Position numbers and translations under genes: made by a program | In this document: positions 1 through 13,050 of the stretch, piece after piece | How positions within the stretch are numbered: position 1 is the stretch's first letter | Layout: each line of letters opens with the position of its first letter | Notes under the pieces: generated by a model | What the model saw: the letters and a program-made list of their open reading frames with translations, nothing else | Database searches by the model: none | What the model was told of the DNA's origin: nothing | DNA from: Callorhinchus milii | Lineage: Eukaryota | NCBI RefSeq assembly: GCF_018977255.1 | Contig: NW_024704743.1 | Coordinates: forward strand, 39,682,001 to 39,746,000 | DNA: 64,000 bases | Reading direction: 5' to 3'

Positions 1-498
1 CTCACTGCAGTCTGATTTGCAACCATCAAACCAATACTTCAGTGGATGGAAATCTCAGGCACCTGACACCCCCTTTCCCATTGTGATTCACTTTGGCTCA
101 TTTATACTACGTATTTATTGTGATATTCTGCAGCTAAGCGTTCAATGTAAACACGTAAGCTTTCTGTCCATATGGTTTTTACTCTCAGGAGTTTTTTAAA
201 ATTATAGTGTTTTTTTTGATATTTTACTAGTGCACATGCTGCATGGTGCAATGGAGTAAAAATATTATATTTTAAGCATTACTTGTTTTAATTTATGACA
301 TTGTATTGCACACCTGACTGGATTGTTCCTCGTTCTGACATTATTGTCATTATTTTTGACATTATTCAAGCAAGAAAAAATTGTATATTTTAGAACTTAG
401 ATTGACTTCAAAGTTATTTGCTCATTCTCTTGCCCTGCTAAAAAATGTAACTTTTTTATTAATCAGAACTGATATTCAGTAAAACTATGGAGGACAAT

Positions 499-925
499 AA
501 TAATACTAATAATTCTTTAATTTGGCACAACACCTTATCGCATTATTGAGATGTCTCAAAGTGCTTCACAGAATATACTGTAAAGCAAGTTGACTGTATA
601 TTTTATTGACGAAACGAGTCAGATAATTGTGCACAGCAGTGTCCCACAAACAGTCATGGATTAAATGACCAAACTATTATTTGCAAGGTGGGTTCTCCAA
701 ACACTCAAGTTTCAGGACTCCAGAATGAACACTCTCCGGGGTCAAAGATATATGGCTGGGGATCAATTCCCCAACAATAAATGACTGGAGTATTATGATA
801 GGAGTTATGCACAAACCAAACCTCGGTGTCTTTGTTAAACACCTCATCTGAACGATAGAGAAGAGTGCTGTGATGCACCATTCTCCCAATACCGCACTGG
901 AGTGTCAGCTTAAATGAGTTCAAGT
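499..925 (-). mobile_element. Degenerate DeuSINE-type SINE (family B variant)
   Basis: The reverse strand carries the family B motif 'ctgacactccagtgc' near 900 and the shared SINE 3' half ('gactgtttgtgggacactgctgtgcaca...gtgaagcactttgagac') at 500-680. Confidence 0.65.
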
Positions 926-1480
926 CCCATCATCCATGCCCTTATTAAAACCAGGCTCGACTATGCCAACGCCTGCTTGTCAGCCTTCCCAACTCTTCCC
1001 TCCACAAGCTGCAGGTCATCCAGAATTCTGCAGCTCATGTCCTCTCCCACACAAGGCTCTGTGATCCCATCACACCACCCATCGGTTTTATTGGCTCCCA
1101 TCCCTCAGAGGAATGAGTTCAAAATTCTCGTCCTCAACTTCAAGGCCCTCCATGAGCTTACCCCTCTCCTACCTCTTAGTCCTGCTAAACCCTTTTCAAC
1201 CTGTCCGCTCCAGCCTGCTACATGTCGCCTGCCTGGCCCACCCCCCATCGGCGGTCGGGCCTTCAGCCTCTCTACCCCCACCTTGTGGAACTCCATCCCA
1301 CATTCCCTTTGCCTCGCGCCCTGCCTTGCCTCCTTCAAGGCATGCCTCAAGATCCTCCACTTTGACTATACTTGTGACCACCCTCCTACCCTCTCTGGTC
1401 TCCACCTTCTCTGATCCCAAACGGGAGGGACGTCTTTCCGATGTGAAAGGCACTTTACAAATGTAATTGTTGTATTGTAT
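926..1480 (+). mobile_element. L2 LINE 3' fragment (ORF2 C-terminus and 3' UTR)
   Basis: Translates to IHALIKTRLDYANA...FKILVL.FKALH...GGRAFS...LWNSIP...FK..LK, typical of the L2 ORF2 C-terminus. Ends in the 'gggacgtctttccgatgtgaaaggcac' stem-loop and a ttg-rich tail. Confidence 0.92.
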
Positions 1481-1482
1481 CA

Positions 1483-2380
1483 TAACAACAACAAAATGAC
1501 ATTTTTATAGCGCCTTTCACATCGGAAGGACGTCCCATGGAACTGGACAGTCAGAGTTTCGGACCCAAATTGGGGGTCGAGATCGGGGATGGTGGAGTGC
1601 AGGGGGTGAAGGCAGAGTGGGTCATGGAGCAGATGTGGGTTAGAAAGGATAGTTGAGGGCCAAACAAGAAGCCAAAGTTCCGGACTGGCTTAGCAAGGTG
1701 GAGTGTGCATCCATGGGTGAAGATGCTGTCAGCGCCTGAGGTGAGGAGCCGCTGACGGGAGCCAATCAGGAGGGCCTCAGTCTTGTTGACGTTCAACTGA
1801 AGAAAGTTAGCCCTCATCTAGGACTTGATGTCTGAGAGATATTCTGTCAGAACAACAGTGGTCCTGGAGTCAAAAGTGGAGGCAGAGAGATACAGTTGGG
1901 TGTCATCTGCATACATGTGGAAGTTGACCTCTTGTCTGCGGAATGATATCACCAAGGGGGAGCATATAGATATTGAAGAGGAGGGGAGCAACAACGAAGC
2001 CCTGATGAATGCAACAGGAGACGGTGCAGGGACTAGAGGAGAAACCTTTTGTGGAGATGAAGTGGAGGCAGTGTGAGAGTAAGATCTGAACCAGTCAAGG
2101 ACAGCGCGTGAAGGTTGAGGTGAGAGGAGAACCATTGGATGAGGCTACAGTGGTCCACGGTGTCGAAGGCAGCAGAGAGGTCAAGGAGGATGAGGAGGCA
2201 GAGAGAGCCCTGGTCACAGATGGACAGAATGTAATTTGTCACTTTGACCAGGGCTGTTTCTGTGCTGTGGGCGGCACGGAAACTCGTTTGGAGGGAGTGG
2301 CGGGAGAAGAAGGAGCGAAGCTGGGAAGCAACATCTCGTTCCAGGACCTTGGCGAGGAAAGTGAGGCTGGAGATTGGACA
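1483..2380 (-). mobile_element. L2 LINE fragment with reverse-transcriptase (RT) core, internally deleted
   Basis: LLDLSAAFDTVDH, LDWFRSY, HMYADDTQLY and NFLQLNVNKTEAL across frameshifted ORFs. The (caa)n tail starts at 1483. The sequence jumps from the 3' UTR to the RT C-terminus at about 1606. Confidence 0.93.
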
Positions 2381-3979
2381 TAAGGATTGAATCTATAACT
2401 TTCTGACAGAGAGATAAGAGCAAATTGAGCCAAATGAATCCATGTCAGCTGGTAGCTTTCTCGTCTGACATTAAAACTAACGTTACAAATACAATCTTCT
2501 AGCAATCAGAAATTGAAATTTGTACTAACGTAAGTGGAATTCAGATTGTTCCATTGATTTTTTATTCTTCAGCAGATTCTCCTTTCCGTAATTCATTTTT
2601 CTTTCTTAGCTGTCTTAGTTCTTAGTTGTCTGGATGCTAGTTCCAAAAATATAAGATTTAAAAAAATTATCTTGGATAGCTGATCACTTTGGCTACATGC
2701 TGATAAATAAGAAATAATCCCCATTGGAGTTATATATTTAGAATGTTGTAATGAACTGAATCAGGGCATATATATTTATATCCATGCTACAAGTACTTAG
2801 TACTACAGTATTGTTGCATGAGAGTACTTTTTAAATGCAATTTTATTTTAACATTATTTAGAATCAATTTGCCCTATTATAAAAAACTGATTTGTTGAAG
2901 TAATATATTTAAGTATAATTATTTTGCATTGTGGGCTCAGTATATGCGCCAAACTCATTTTCTCTGTAGCAGCCCACGCCAGACCCGATATTTATTCAGT
3001 GTGAGCCTGTGTGTTAGATGTCAATGATGGGGGGGAAGGGAGGTAAGTGGGGTGTCCTTGGAGTTGAATTGGCTCCAACGATTTCATATTTGGCAACAGA
3101 ATCCAGAATCAAGGCAACCCTCAATGGAGGTCTCAGTACTCCAATTCCTGAGGCAGACGGGTCTGCATTATTGAAGAACATTTTTGTCTAAAAATGTAAG
3201 ATCACGAAGACTTATGGAATCTTATTAAATTCAGCTTTAATTTGGAAACTTTTTTTAGGAAATGCAGAAATCTGGCTACTAAATTAAGAACAAATTCCCC
3301 CAAGTCTTACAGATTTTGGAACTACCACATTTTCAGGTTTACACTGATACAATGCCTGTTGTTTCTTTATAATAATATTAGCAGTATATGTGCCATGGGA
3401 TGCTACCCCGTGTGAAGGGCGCTAATTAATGCAAGCTGTTGTTGTTGTTATGTGTGAGAAAAGGAAAGTATGAACTGGGAAAGCCCAAGTGGGAAGGACT
3501 TTGAGTTTGTGAATGTAGTGCATGACTGGTTTCAGACTCAGTATGTCAGGGAGCCCACTAGAGACATTTCCCACTTTGACTTAGTGCTTGTCAGTGACCC
3601 AGGCATTCTTCAAAGAGTAGTAGCATTGATCCGTTAAATGACAATGACCACAGCTAAATGACATTCAATTTATCTTGGAAAATGGAACAGGCACAAACCA
3701 AATTCTAGTATACAAATTGTAGAACTTTACAACTTTAAAATATACAACTTTAGTTACAGAAATTTCAAGAGCATAAGTGCTCAGCTAAGTGACAGCTATG
3801 GAACACATTAATCAAGGTCAAATAAACTGAACATCCTTCAAAATCACTATGTAGAATATGCAAGGCAAGCACATATTCAACTGCAGCAGAAACTAATTAA
3901 ACAATAAAAGTCCAAAATGGTTCAACAAGAAAATGAAAATATGAATTAAGTTTAATTTGCGCTTCACAGAATATGCTGT

Positions 3980-4342
3980 AAATAATAATAATGTTCTTGC
4001 ATTTGATATAGCACCTTATCACATCTTTGATACGTCTCGAAGAGCTTCACAGAATATACTGTAAAGTGAATTGACTGTACATGTTTGTGGGTGAAACACG
4101 GCATCCAGTTTCACGCAGCAGTGTTCCACAAACAGTCGTGCATTACGCGACCACATTTTTTTTGAAGGCATTATTATCCCCGGGAAAGTCATCCACCAAT
4201 CGACTAACTACTGGGTTCCTACTTACTGCTAGGTAAACAGAGGTGTGTGGAGTAAGGAAACTTGCCTACCATTTTGCCCTGCCGGGAATCAAACCCAGGT
4301 CCTCTCGCTTGCGAGGCGAATGTTCTAACCAATGCGCTACTA
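3980..4342 (-). mobile_element. tRNA-derived SINE family A, long form
   Basis: Reverse strand: A box 'gtagcgcattggttag', B box 'ggtttgattcc', CORE-like block 'aggcaagtttccttactccacac...tctgtttacctagcagtaagtagg', shared tail ending in (att)n. Confidence 0.88.
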
Positions 4343-4649
4343 ATCTAGGCTCACACTACAATGTAATGCTGGAGGAGCACTGCATTATCAGATGTGACTT
4401 CTGATAAGATCTTAAAATGGAGTCACGTCTGTCTGTTCAGGCAAAAGTTAAAGATTTCATGGCACTATTCAGAGAAGGGAGTTTCTCCTGTTGTACAGGC
4501 AATTCTACTTCTCGCTGATTATGGAACATTGTTGTGCATAAATTGACTGTCATCTACAAATACGGAATTACTACACTTTATAGTAAATCCTTTGAAGTGC
4601 ATAGATACAATGTGGTGAGGTACTCGTTCAAATGTCAGTATTATTACTA
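4343..4649 (+). mobile_element. DeuSINE-type SINE (family B), 5'-truncated
   Basis: Deu-domain motif 'ttaaagatttcatggcactattcagagaagggagtttctcc' and the shared tail. Confidence 0.78.
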
Positions 4650-5580
4650 TAAAAAAGGAAGATTTGAAAGCTTGTAGGGAGAGAGGGTGGCCATTGATTT
4701 CAATAGAGTACTTCACAGAAAAGGTTACAAAAAAGATCAGGGGAGAACTGAATGAGAACTGGAAAGGGACAAAGCAGCAAATAAAAAACATAATGCCAAA
4801 AAAGGTATTTCAATATTATAACAGTAAGTGTAAGAGGGTAGTTAGGGAATACATTAAAATGCACAGATGGGATAGAATGTCTCACAGATGGTTGAAAAAG
4901 AGAATGAACAGGAGACAGTGAACATACAAAACAATTACTTCCTGCAATTTTACCACGGAGGAGACAACAAACATGATTCAATATCTAGCAAACATTGTTT
5001 GAGCTCCAGCACTGTGACACAAGTGAGGCTGAGGTTTTAGATAGGCTCAAGGGGGTGATAAACAACAAAGCTCTGGAACAAATAAACTACACCCCTGAAG
5101 ACAAAGCAGGAGATTTGTGAGGCAATGACAGACATTATGATGGAGTCAATCATGACTAGTGAGATTCCAGCAGTCAGAAGCAACCAAATGTGATTTCTAA
5201 TTTCAAAAAAGGTAACACTACCATACTTGGCAACTGCAGACCTAATAGCCTGACCTCAATAATTGGAAACATTGTGGATTCAAACATCAGATAGGAAATG
5301 GAATACTAACCATAGAAAAATAACCTAATAAATGACAGTGAATATGGGTTTAGAAGAGGTTGATCTTCTCTGACTATACTCATAGACAGTTTTGAGAAAG
5401 TTACAGCCAAATTGATTGTGGTGTACCAAAAGGTGTTGAAAAATACAAGAAAGATTTCTTTACAATCTGATGTCACTGGGCATCAATGGTAAGTCATTTA
5501 ACTGATTTCTCCGGCTTCATCATTGATCAAGAAAATGTCTGTACGGTTTTTTTCAATCATGTCAGGGTATCTTTATCAAA

Positions 5581-5945
5581 GAATCATAGAATCATAGAAT
5601 GTTACGGCAAAAAAGGAGGCCATTCGGCCCATCGAGTCTGTGCCGGCTCTTTGACAGAGCAACTGACTTTTATTAACCCCACTCACCAGCTTTCTCCCCA
5701 TAACCCTGCAAACCCGTCTTCCCCAGATACCTATCCAGTTCTCTCTTAAAAGCTGTTATCGAATCGGACTTCGCTACCCTTTCTGGCAGATCATTCCAAA
5801 TTCGAACAACTCGCTGAGTGAAAAAAATTCTTCTAATCTCCCCTCTGCTTCTTTCGGTAGATATCTTAAGACTGTGACCACGAGTCACAGACACACCTAC
5901 CAGCGGAAACAGCTTTTCCCTACCTAGCCTGTCGAAATCTTTCAT
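5581..5945 (-). mobile_element. CR1 LINE 3' end
   Basis: LFPLVG.SVTRGHSLK...FFTQRVVRIWN.LP...FKRELDRYL, with a (ttctatga)n terminal repeat typical of CR1. Confidence 0.92.
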
Positions 5946-6096
5946 CTTTAACATCCACTTGAAACAAACAGATGGGACCCTGTTGTAATGCTTCCATTGG
6001 CACTGCACTAAGGAGTCACCCTGGACTGCGAGCTCAATAAAAACACTAATCAGTCATCATTGGGATTAAAATCACAGATGGCAGCATTTTGCACAA

Positions 6097-6884
6097 CACC
6101 AACAACAAATTACATTTGTATACTGCCTTTCATGTTGGGAGGACGTTCCAAGGTTCTTGACAGTCAGGAATTTGGACCTGAGTTGAGGCTTGGAATCAGG
6201 TGAGGTGGACGGTAGTGTCGGTAGGGGTAGGAGGGTAACTGAAGGCACGGTCAAAGAGGAGGATATTGAGATGTGCTTTGAAGGAGGCAAGGGAGGGAGC
6301 GAGGTGAAGGGATTGTGGGATGGAATTTCAAAAGGTGGGTGAAGAAAGGCTGTAGGCCTGACTACCAGTGGCGGTGCGGGCTGGGTGGGGGACATGAAGC
6401 AGGCCAGAGCTGGTTGAGTGGAGGGAGTGGACGGGTCTAGATGGAGTTGACAGGTCACAGAGTTAGGGAAGAGCAAAGTCATGGAAGGCTTTGAAGGGCT
6501 GAGGATTTTGAACTCTATCCTCTTGGGGCTGGGAAGCCATTGGAGCCGGGCGAGGCTTGTCGTGATAGCTTCCCAGAGCCTGCAGGAGAAGGCATGAGCT
6601 GCAGAGTTCTGAATTATCTGTAGCTTTTGGAGGGAAGTGTTGGGAAGGCTGATAATCCAGGGTGTTGGTGTATTCGAACCTAGGTGTAATAAATGCATGT
6701 ATGAGTATAGCAGGGGCCTGAGGGGAGAGGCAGTGGCAGGGTCGGGCGACGTTACAGATGTGGGGGAAGGCAGAGCCGGTTATGGCATGGATATAGGGTA
6801 GAAAGTACAGTTGAGGGTCAAACAAAACACCAAGATTCTGGACTGGCTCAGTGAGGTGGGAGTGTGCATCCATGGATTGTGATG
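6097..6884 (-). mobile_element. L2 LINE 3' fragment
   Basis: NLGVLFDPQL, IHAFITPR, KLQIIQNSAA and LQWLP..RIEFKIL, with the L2 tail at 6097-6160. Confidence 0.9.
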
Positions 6885-7125
6885 CAACAACAACTTGCAT
6901 TTATATAGCAGCCTCCATGCCGGGCAGCATCCCAGAGTGCTAAACAATGGTGGAGCCCGATGCTGAGCCGGGGGAGGGGTAAGGTGACCATAGGCATGGT
7001 TGAAGAAGGAGGTCTTCAGACACAACCTGAAAATGGGTAAGAGGGGGCAAGGTGAAGGGATTGAGGGAGGGAGTTCCAAAGCTTCGGGGTGTGATGACTG
7101 AAGGCATGGCCACCGATGGTGGAGC
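6885..7125 (-). mobile_element. L2 3' end, second subfamily, abutting the previous L2
   Basis: Different terminal stem-loop ('ctgggatgctgcccggcatggagg') followed by (ttg)n, plus LKTSFFNHAY. Confidence 0.8.
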
Positions 7126-7179
7126 AGAGGATTCAAAAGACAAGGAGAAGACCGTAACCAGCAGAGTGGAGGCAGCTGG

Positions 7180-7780
7180 CAGTGCTGTGAGGAGAGCGGA
7201 GTTTGGAGAGATAGGGAGGTGTCAAGGCATGGAGGTATTTAAACACTAGAGTGAAGATCTTGAAGTTGATCCGCTGTGTGACAGGGAGCTTTTGGAGTTT
7301 GGCAAGGACTGGGGTAATCAGGGTTTACTACGGGTGAGAATGCGGGCAGAGGAGTTTTGGATGAGTTGAATTTTGTGAATAGTGGAGCAGGGGAGATCGG
7401 CGAGGAGGGCATTTGAGTAATCCAGCCGAGAGGTGATGAAGGCGTGGACAAGAGTTTCGGCAGCTTGTGGAGTGAAGTATTGTCGGAGATGGGCAATGTG
7501 GTGGAGGTGGAGGAAAGCAGTCCTGGTCAGGGACTGGATTTGGGGGAGGAAGGATAATTGGGGATCAAACCGGATGCAGCCAGTGTCTGAGGTATGGAGG
7601 CCCTGATGGAAGCCAATCAGGCGGGCTTCGGTCTTGTTGAAGTTCAACTGGAGAAATTTAGTTCTTATCTAGGACGACGTCTGATAGACAATCTGTCAGG
7701 ACAGCAGTGGTCCTGGAGTCGAGGGTGGAGGCAGAGAGATAAAGTTGGTTGTCATCTGCATACATATGAAAGTTGACTCT
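7180..7780 (-). mobile_element. L2 LINE internal fragment
   Basis: ETLVHAFITSRLDYSNALL...KIQLIQNS, with a YADD-coding segment near 7750-7765. Confidence 0.9.
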
Positions 7781-7914
7781 AATTGTCGTTAGGTAAATGC
7801 TATACCTAAACAGATCAATAAAACAAATAAATAACAAAAATTACAATTTAGTCAATCAATCCACGACTGTTTGTGAGACACTGCTGTGCGCAATTGGCTG
7901 CTGCATTTTGCTGT

Positions 7915-8206
7915 GGAGTCCTGTAGCTCAGTGGTTAGAGCACTCGCTTTGCAAGCGAGAGACCTGAGTTCAATTCCAGGCAGAGGGCTAAACCTTGGGC
8001 AAGTTTCCTTACTCCACACAGAGCCTAATAATAATCCCTCCAAAACCAAAAACAATAATAAATTGGTCATTTTCAATCCATGACTGTTTGTGGGACATTG
8101 CTGTGCGCAATTGGCTGCCGCGTTCGCCCACAAATATACAGTCAATTCACTTTACAGTATATTCCTCCCGACGTGAAAAGCGCTATATCAAATGCAAGGA
8201 TTATTA
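7915..8206 (+). mobile_element. Young SINE family A, short form, directly after a fragment of an older SINE (7850-7914)
   Basis: 'ggagtcctgtagctcagtggttagagcactcgctttgcaagcgagagacctgagttcaattcc' contains A and B boxes and an anticodon-like TGC loop. Near-identical to 16068-16387. Confidence 0.92.
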
Positions 8207-9337
8207 AAAGATAGAAAGTGTACCCAAGTAATCTTTGCTACAGGCAATAAATCAGGCAAACAAAAAGCAACCTTGTAACACAAATTGCATGTAACAAATT
8301 ATATTTAGGGCCTTGTGATGTTCGTGGTGTTGGATTTATAACCTCCTATTGTGTTTTACATTTTGTGCTACCGGGTGCAAGACAATGAAGTCTACCTTAC
8401 TGTAGTTGCTCCACGTATCATTATAAAGACAAAGTGTTATTTCAAAGAAATAGCTTGTGATCTTCCCCTCATTCCAAATTTACTCCAAATTAAAATTATT
8501 TGACTGCTTATCTTATTATTTATGGGCTGTTGCTGTTACAGGTTAGCTGTATACTTGCAAATTCTTCTTGTTGAAGAATATCTCTTCTTTAGCCAACATT
8601 TAAGATATTCGACAATATTCTTGCTGTCATGGAAGATGATTGGAAAATTATAAAATGAACAGATATACAGACAACAGGAAAGATCTCTAATGTGTGATTT
8701 CTAAGATGTACAAAAATTCAGGATATGAGGTCATGAGTTCTTATATGGTTTTGTGTTTTTACCTTTTTCCTCAATGTAATATTCCTTATCGGCTGTTAGT
8801 GGGATTTTGTTAACAAAAATGGTGGCTACATTTGCCTGTGTATAAACTATGCATTCATTTTATTGGAGAGACAACTGCACTCCTGTCTCTTCTGATCTTA
8901 AGAATTAGCTGACACCAGAAGTCAAGCTCTGCATGCTTTTATTTATGTCGAAACAAAGCTCTGCGATTTCTGAACTCAGCTGTGTGCGAGAACAGTTCGG
9001 AACAGTTAGTATAATTAAGATTTCCTGCTCTGACACATTGCTTTCTTAGTATAACCAGGCAATGGATCATAAAACTTCTATGATATAAATTGGTGGCATT
9101 GGGTATTAAAGAAGAAATACAGTATGAAACACCATCAATAATAATGCAGTGTAATACTTATTCTATGCAAAAAGAAGCAGGTTAAATCTTCTGTGATTTA
9201 TTTTTCTCTGCAAAATTGCAGAGTTCAACATAATTAATAAGCGCAAAGACACTAAAGTACTTGCCCACTCATATCCGAATGCTGAGCTCTATTACTGACT
9301 AAAATCTCCATAGCAAGTGATCATTTGTGAGTCATCC

Positions 9338-9740
9338 TGGCTTAATTGGTAGCTCTCCACCCCCTGAGTCACAAAGTTGTGGTTTCAAGCCCTATGTTGA
9401 GACTTGGAAAATATAGTTTATACTGACACTCCAGTGCAGTGCTGGGGGTATGCTGCATTGTTGGAGGTGGCGTCCTTCAGATGTGATAAGATGTTAAAAC
9501 TCCCATGGCACTAGTTGAAAAGAAAAGGGAATTTCTCCCGGTGTCGTGGTCCACAACCCCCAAATAAAATTGTTCATTTGCTTCATGGCTGTTTGTGGGA
9601 TATTATTATGCAATTGACTGTCACAATTGCCCACAAGGTACATAGTCAGTTCAGTTTTCAAGTACATCTTGTGAAGTGCTTTGAGACATCCTCCTGATGC
9701 GGAGGTGCTATATCAAATGTAAAGATTATTCTTTGTTATT
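9338..9740 (+). mobile_element. DeuSINE-type SINE (family B), near full length
   Basis: tRNA-like head 'ggcttaattggtagc...gagtcacaaagttgtggtttcaag', then 'ctgacactccagtgcagtgc', 'cccatggcactagttgaaaagaaaagggaatttctcccggtgtc' and the shared tail. Confidence 0.85.
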
Positions 9741-10199
9741 ATTTCTACTGTTGGCAAAACAAGTATTTGTACAAACAAATTCTGCAAGTGGCATTTATGG
9801 AAACTGCATGGATGCACAAAATCAGCAGCCTCTATCATTCCACAGGAGTCTGCTAATAAGCAACTGGCAGGTTGATGCCAACCTATTAAATAAAACAAAA
9901 TGCTTGTTGTGCACTATCATACATTAGTAGGACAGTCTACTGGTTAGTTTAGCGGTCAGTTTGTCATTGGGTATTTATTTTGTTTATATTCTAATTAGAG
10001 ATAATTACAAATTAACAACATATGAGAAAAACAAGCCAAAAGCTGCACTCAGATTTACAGGCCAGCACACATTGGCTGAATGCAGTTTGGTTGTTATTCA
10101 ACAAATGACTGCACTAGAATTATGACTGATAGCCCAGTAAATCTACTTGGTATGATTCATACCATTGGATTTGTTTGTTTGCAAATAAGATTTACTTCT

Positions 10200-10450
10200 T
10201 GAAGTTCAACATTCCATGGCACTATTCATAAAAGAGAAGGGAGTTTCTCCTGACATCCTAGTTTACAATTCCCCCACATAAAATTGGTTATTCACTTCAT
10301 GGCTGGGGGACTTTGCTGTGTTCTGAATGGCTGCCATGTTCATCCACAAATTCAGTCCCTACATTTATAGTAAAATTGTGGAAGCTTTTTGAAGTGCCTC
10401 GAAGACATGATAAGGTGCTATATCAAATTAAAGAATTATTATTATTACTA
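10200..10450 (+). mobile_element. DeuSINE (family B) 3' part
   Basis: 'ccatggcactattcataaaagagaagggagtttctcc...atggctgccatg' followed by an (att)n tail. Confidence 0.78.
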
Positions 10451-11459
10451 TTCTTTCTTTACAATTCATTTTTATATTGCTACTTGTCCTGACAGAAACA
10501 AATCTTTCCTTGAACACTTTTATAATATGTGATTGTAACTTAAAACCCCTTTTCCATTCATACAGAATCACACACATTCTATGAATAATTTAGTGAACAA
10601 TGTGTTGGCATTGGCTTAGTTCATGTTTCAATGTAATCTAATTCAGCTACCCTTTGTAACTTGGTACTTGAAACAAATTAACTATCAAACTAACTGTCAA
10701 AGTGTTAAATTGATAGGAGAGGATTTTATGCATTGAAATATTTTGTGTCTGTTTTTGAAGAAAGATTAGCTTCCATATAGAATTACTAATGAGATAATTA
10801 CAAATTAAACATTAAAGAAAACTAAAACTATTTTAAAAAGCTGAGAACTAATTTCAGCTGTTTTCTGGGGACAGAAAGTATCTGTCAGTCGTTCCGATTT
10901 AATTCTAGTTTTCATTTGCAGCATATAGACTGCGGTTTAAATACAACATTCAAAAACCAGAATTGCTGCATCAATTGTTATTTCTGGTTTGCAAGTATTG
11001 GATTATGATGCTTGTGGCCAGATTTGGGAACAGCCAATCTTGAATCCCAAGGAGATAACATTCAAAATGAGACCAGCGACCAAGTTCGGTATAAAAATGA
11101 AAAAAACATAATCCTTGCATTTGATATAACAACTTATCATGTTGTCAAAACGTCTCAAGGTGCTTTGCATGATTCATTGTAAAGTGCAGTAAAGTGTACC
11201 TGTGAGCAAACATAGTAGACAATTTGCACACAGCAATGTCCTAGAGGATTTTGGCTGCGACACTGTTTGAAACTCCCCTCTCTGTACAGTGGTATCTTGC
11301 TAATGGCAAGGCAGCAGGTGTGGGCAGCGTTCATGCTGAGTTCCTAAAAGCTGCAGTAAAATTGCAGTGCTTAGACCTAGTTTACATTAAACATAAATGT
11401 ATCTCTTTTAGATTAAAGTAATTCATGCTCTTCACTATTTTCAATTCATGTCTGGTGTC

Positions 11460-11545
11460 CTGGGATGCATGGACCTCTCAGTTTGGTTTGGGTACTTTCA
11501 AGCATGGTGATCGGTCTAAGCCTGTGTCAGACACTCAGCTGATCA
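11460..11545 (+). repeat. Unclassified repeat X, 3' fragment
   Basis: 'tgggatgcatggacctctcagtttggtttgggtactttcaagcatggtgat...ctcagctgatca' aligns with 14360-14443 and 15219-15300. Confidence 0.75.
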
Positions 11546-12129
11546 CAAAAAATGTTAAAGCCAGCTTTAGCATCAGGTACACTCTCAGCATACGTTGGCT
11601 GTAAAGTGCCCAATATCTGTATCAAAAATTACTTGTCCGAAATCTAATCTAATTTCCTACTGCACCAATGTATGTTTTCTATTTCCAATATCATCCTTTG
11701 TCATTGAGTGAGACTGCTGATTGTGTGCCAATTTTTTACTGAAAAGCAATTTATTTTTTCAATTAATTAATCTACTGAGGAAACCATCTCATATGTCCAA
11801 AAAACAAATTTCAATTCTGAGACTTTTTTAAATTCAACTTGATATCATTAATTAAGAAGTTGAAGTCACTGTCCATGCAGAAATAAATTATTTTGGTTGA
11901 TATGACTTGTTGTGAAGTCAGTTGCAATCCATTGATGTGTGTATTGAAGTTCATTATTTCTAATGAATTAAACAGGCAATTGATAACTGCATTGTTCATT
12001 TTATGTAGGCAGTCATTTCATTATAACCAGGGTGCTGTTCCATTTGGTTGATGCAACTATACTGGAACTCTGGCATTTTTTGACTTTGCGTATGAGTTCA
12101 CTATAAGTGTAAGTGCAAACCTTGGACTC

Positions 12130-13050
12130 CTGAGCAGGAGTAGGCCATTCGGCTCCTCCAGCCTGCCCCTCCATTTAATAAGATCATGGCTGATCTTCAT
12201 TTACCTGCCCTATCCCCATATCCCTTAAGCACTTTAGTTTAAAAAAATCTATCGATCTCAGTCTTGAATATGTTCAATGACTGAGCATCCACTGCCTTCT
12301 GTGGTAGAGAATTCCATAAATTTCGCAACTCAGTTCTAAAGGGCTGATCTTTAATCCTGAGACTATGACCCCTAGTTTTAGATTCTCCAACCAGGGGGAA
12401 CAGTCTCACGATATCTACCCTGTCAAGACCCTTAAGAATCTTATAGGTTTCTATAAGATCTCCTCTAATTCTTTTATATTCTAGGGAATATAGGCCTAGT
12501 CTACTCAACCTCTCCTCATAGGTCAAACCCTTATCCCAGGAACCAACCTAGTGAACCTACATTGCACCCCCTCTAAGGCGAGTATGTCCTTTCTTTGCTA
12601 AGGAGACCAAAACTACACACAATATTCTAGGTGCGGTCTCACCAAGGCCCTATACAATTGCAGGAAAACTTCCCTACTCTTGTACTCTAACCCCTTTGCG
12701 ATAAACGCTAACATGCTATTAGCCTTTCTAATTGCTTGCTGTACCTGCAACTTTCTGTATTGGTGGACAAGGACACCTAAATCCCTCTGAATACTAACAC
12801 TATCTAGTCTCTCCCACTCTAGAAAATAATCTGCTTTTCGATTTTTTCTACCTAGGTGAATAACTTCACACTTCCCCACATTATACTACATCTGCCACCT
12901 TCTTGCTCACTCACTTAACCTGTCTATATCCCTTTGCATATCCCTTGTGTCCTCCTCAAAGCTTACTTTCCCACCTAGCATTATATCATCCACGACTTTA
13001 GATACATTAAGCTCTATTTCCTCATCTAAGTCATTGATATAGACAATAAA
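12130..13050 (-). mobile_element. CR1 LINE (shark HER1-like) ORF2 C-terminus and 3' UTR
   Basis: INDLDE..SK.VDD, KCEVIHLGRKN, DLGVLV, LYRALVRPHLEYCV and YEERLSRLGLYSLE..R.RGDLIETYKI. The 3' UTR reads 'agatcagccatgatcttattaaatgg...gaatggcctactcctgctc'. Confidence 0.94.

Larger units (their letters stand above)
3480..5425 (+). mobile_element. Old CR1 LINE ORF2 remnant (endonuclease end to RT start), interrupted by two SINEs
   Basis: Decayed motifs QYVREPTR..DLVL (3540-3590), PKWF (3912-3923), FKKG....GNCRP.SLTS (5200-5260) and YGFRRG.S.LT (5343-5376). Multiple stops and frameshifts. Confidence 0.8.

Noticed and set aside
2970..3042. Exon-like segment with a good acceptor and a GTAAGT donor
   Set aside because: All three frames contain stops, and it overlaps what looks like an old SINE fragment.
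7915..7990. tRNA-Ala(TGC) gene, and similar heads at 16315-16387, 38390, 38997, 45657 and 63958
   Set aside because: Where the downstream sequence is visible, each head continues into the SINE body and tail without an oligo-T terminator, and the copies differ in anticodon. These are SINE heads.
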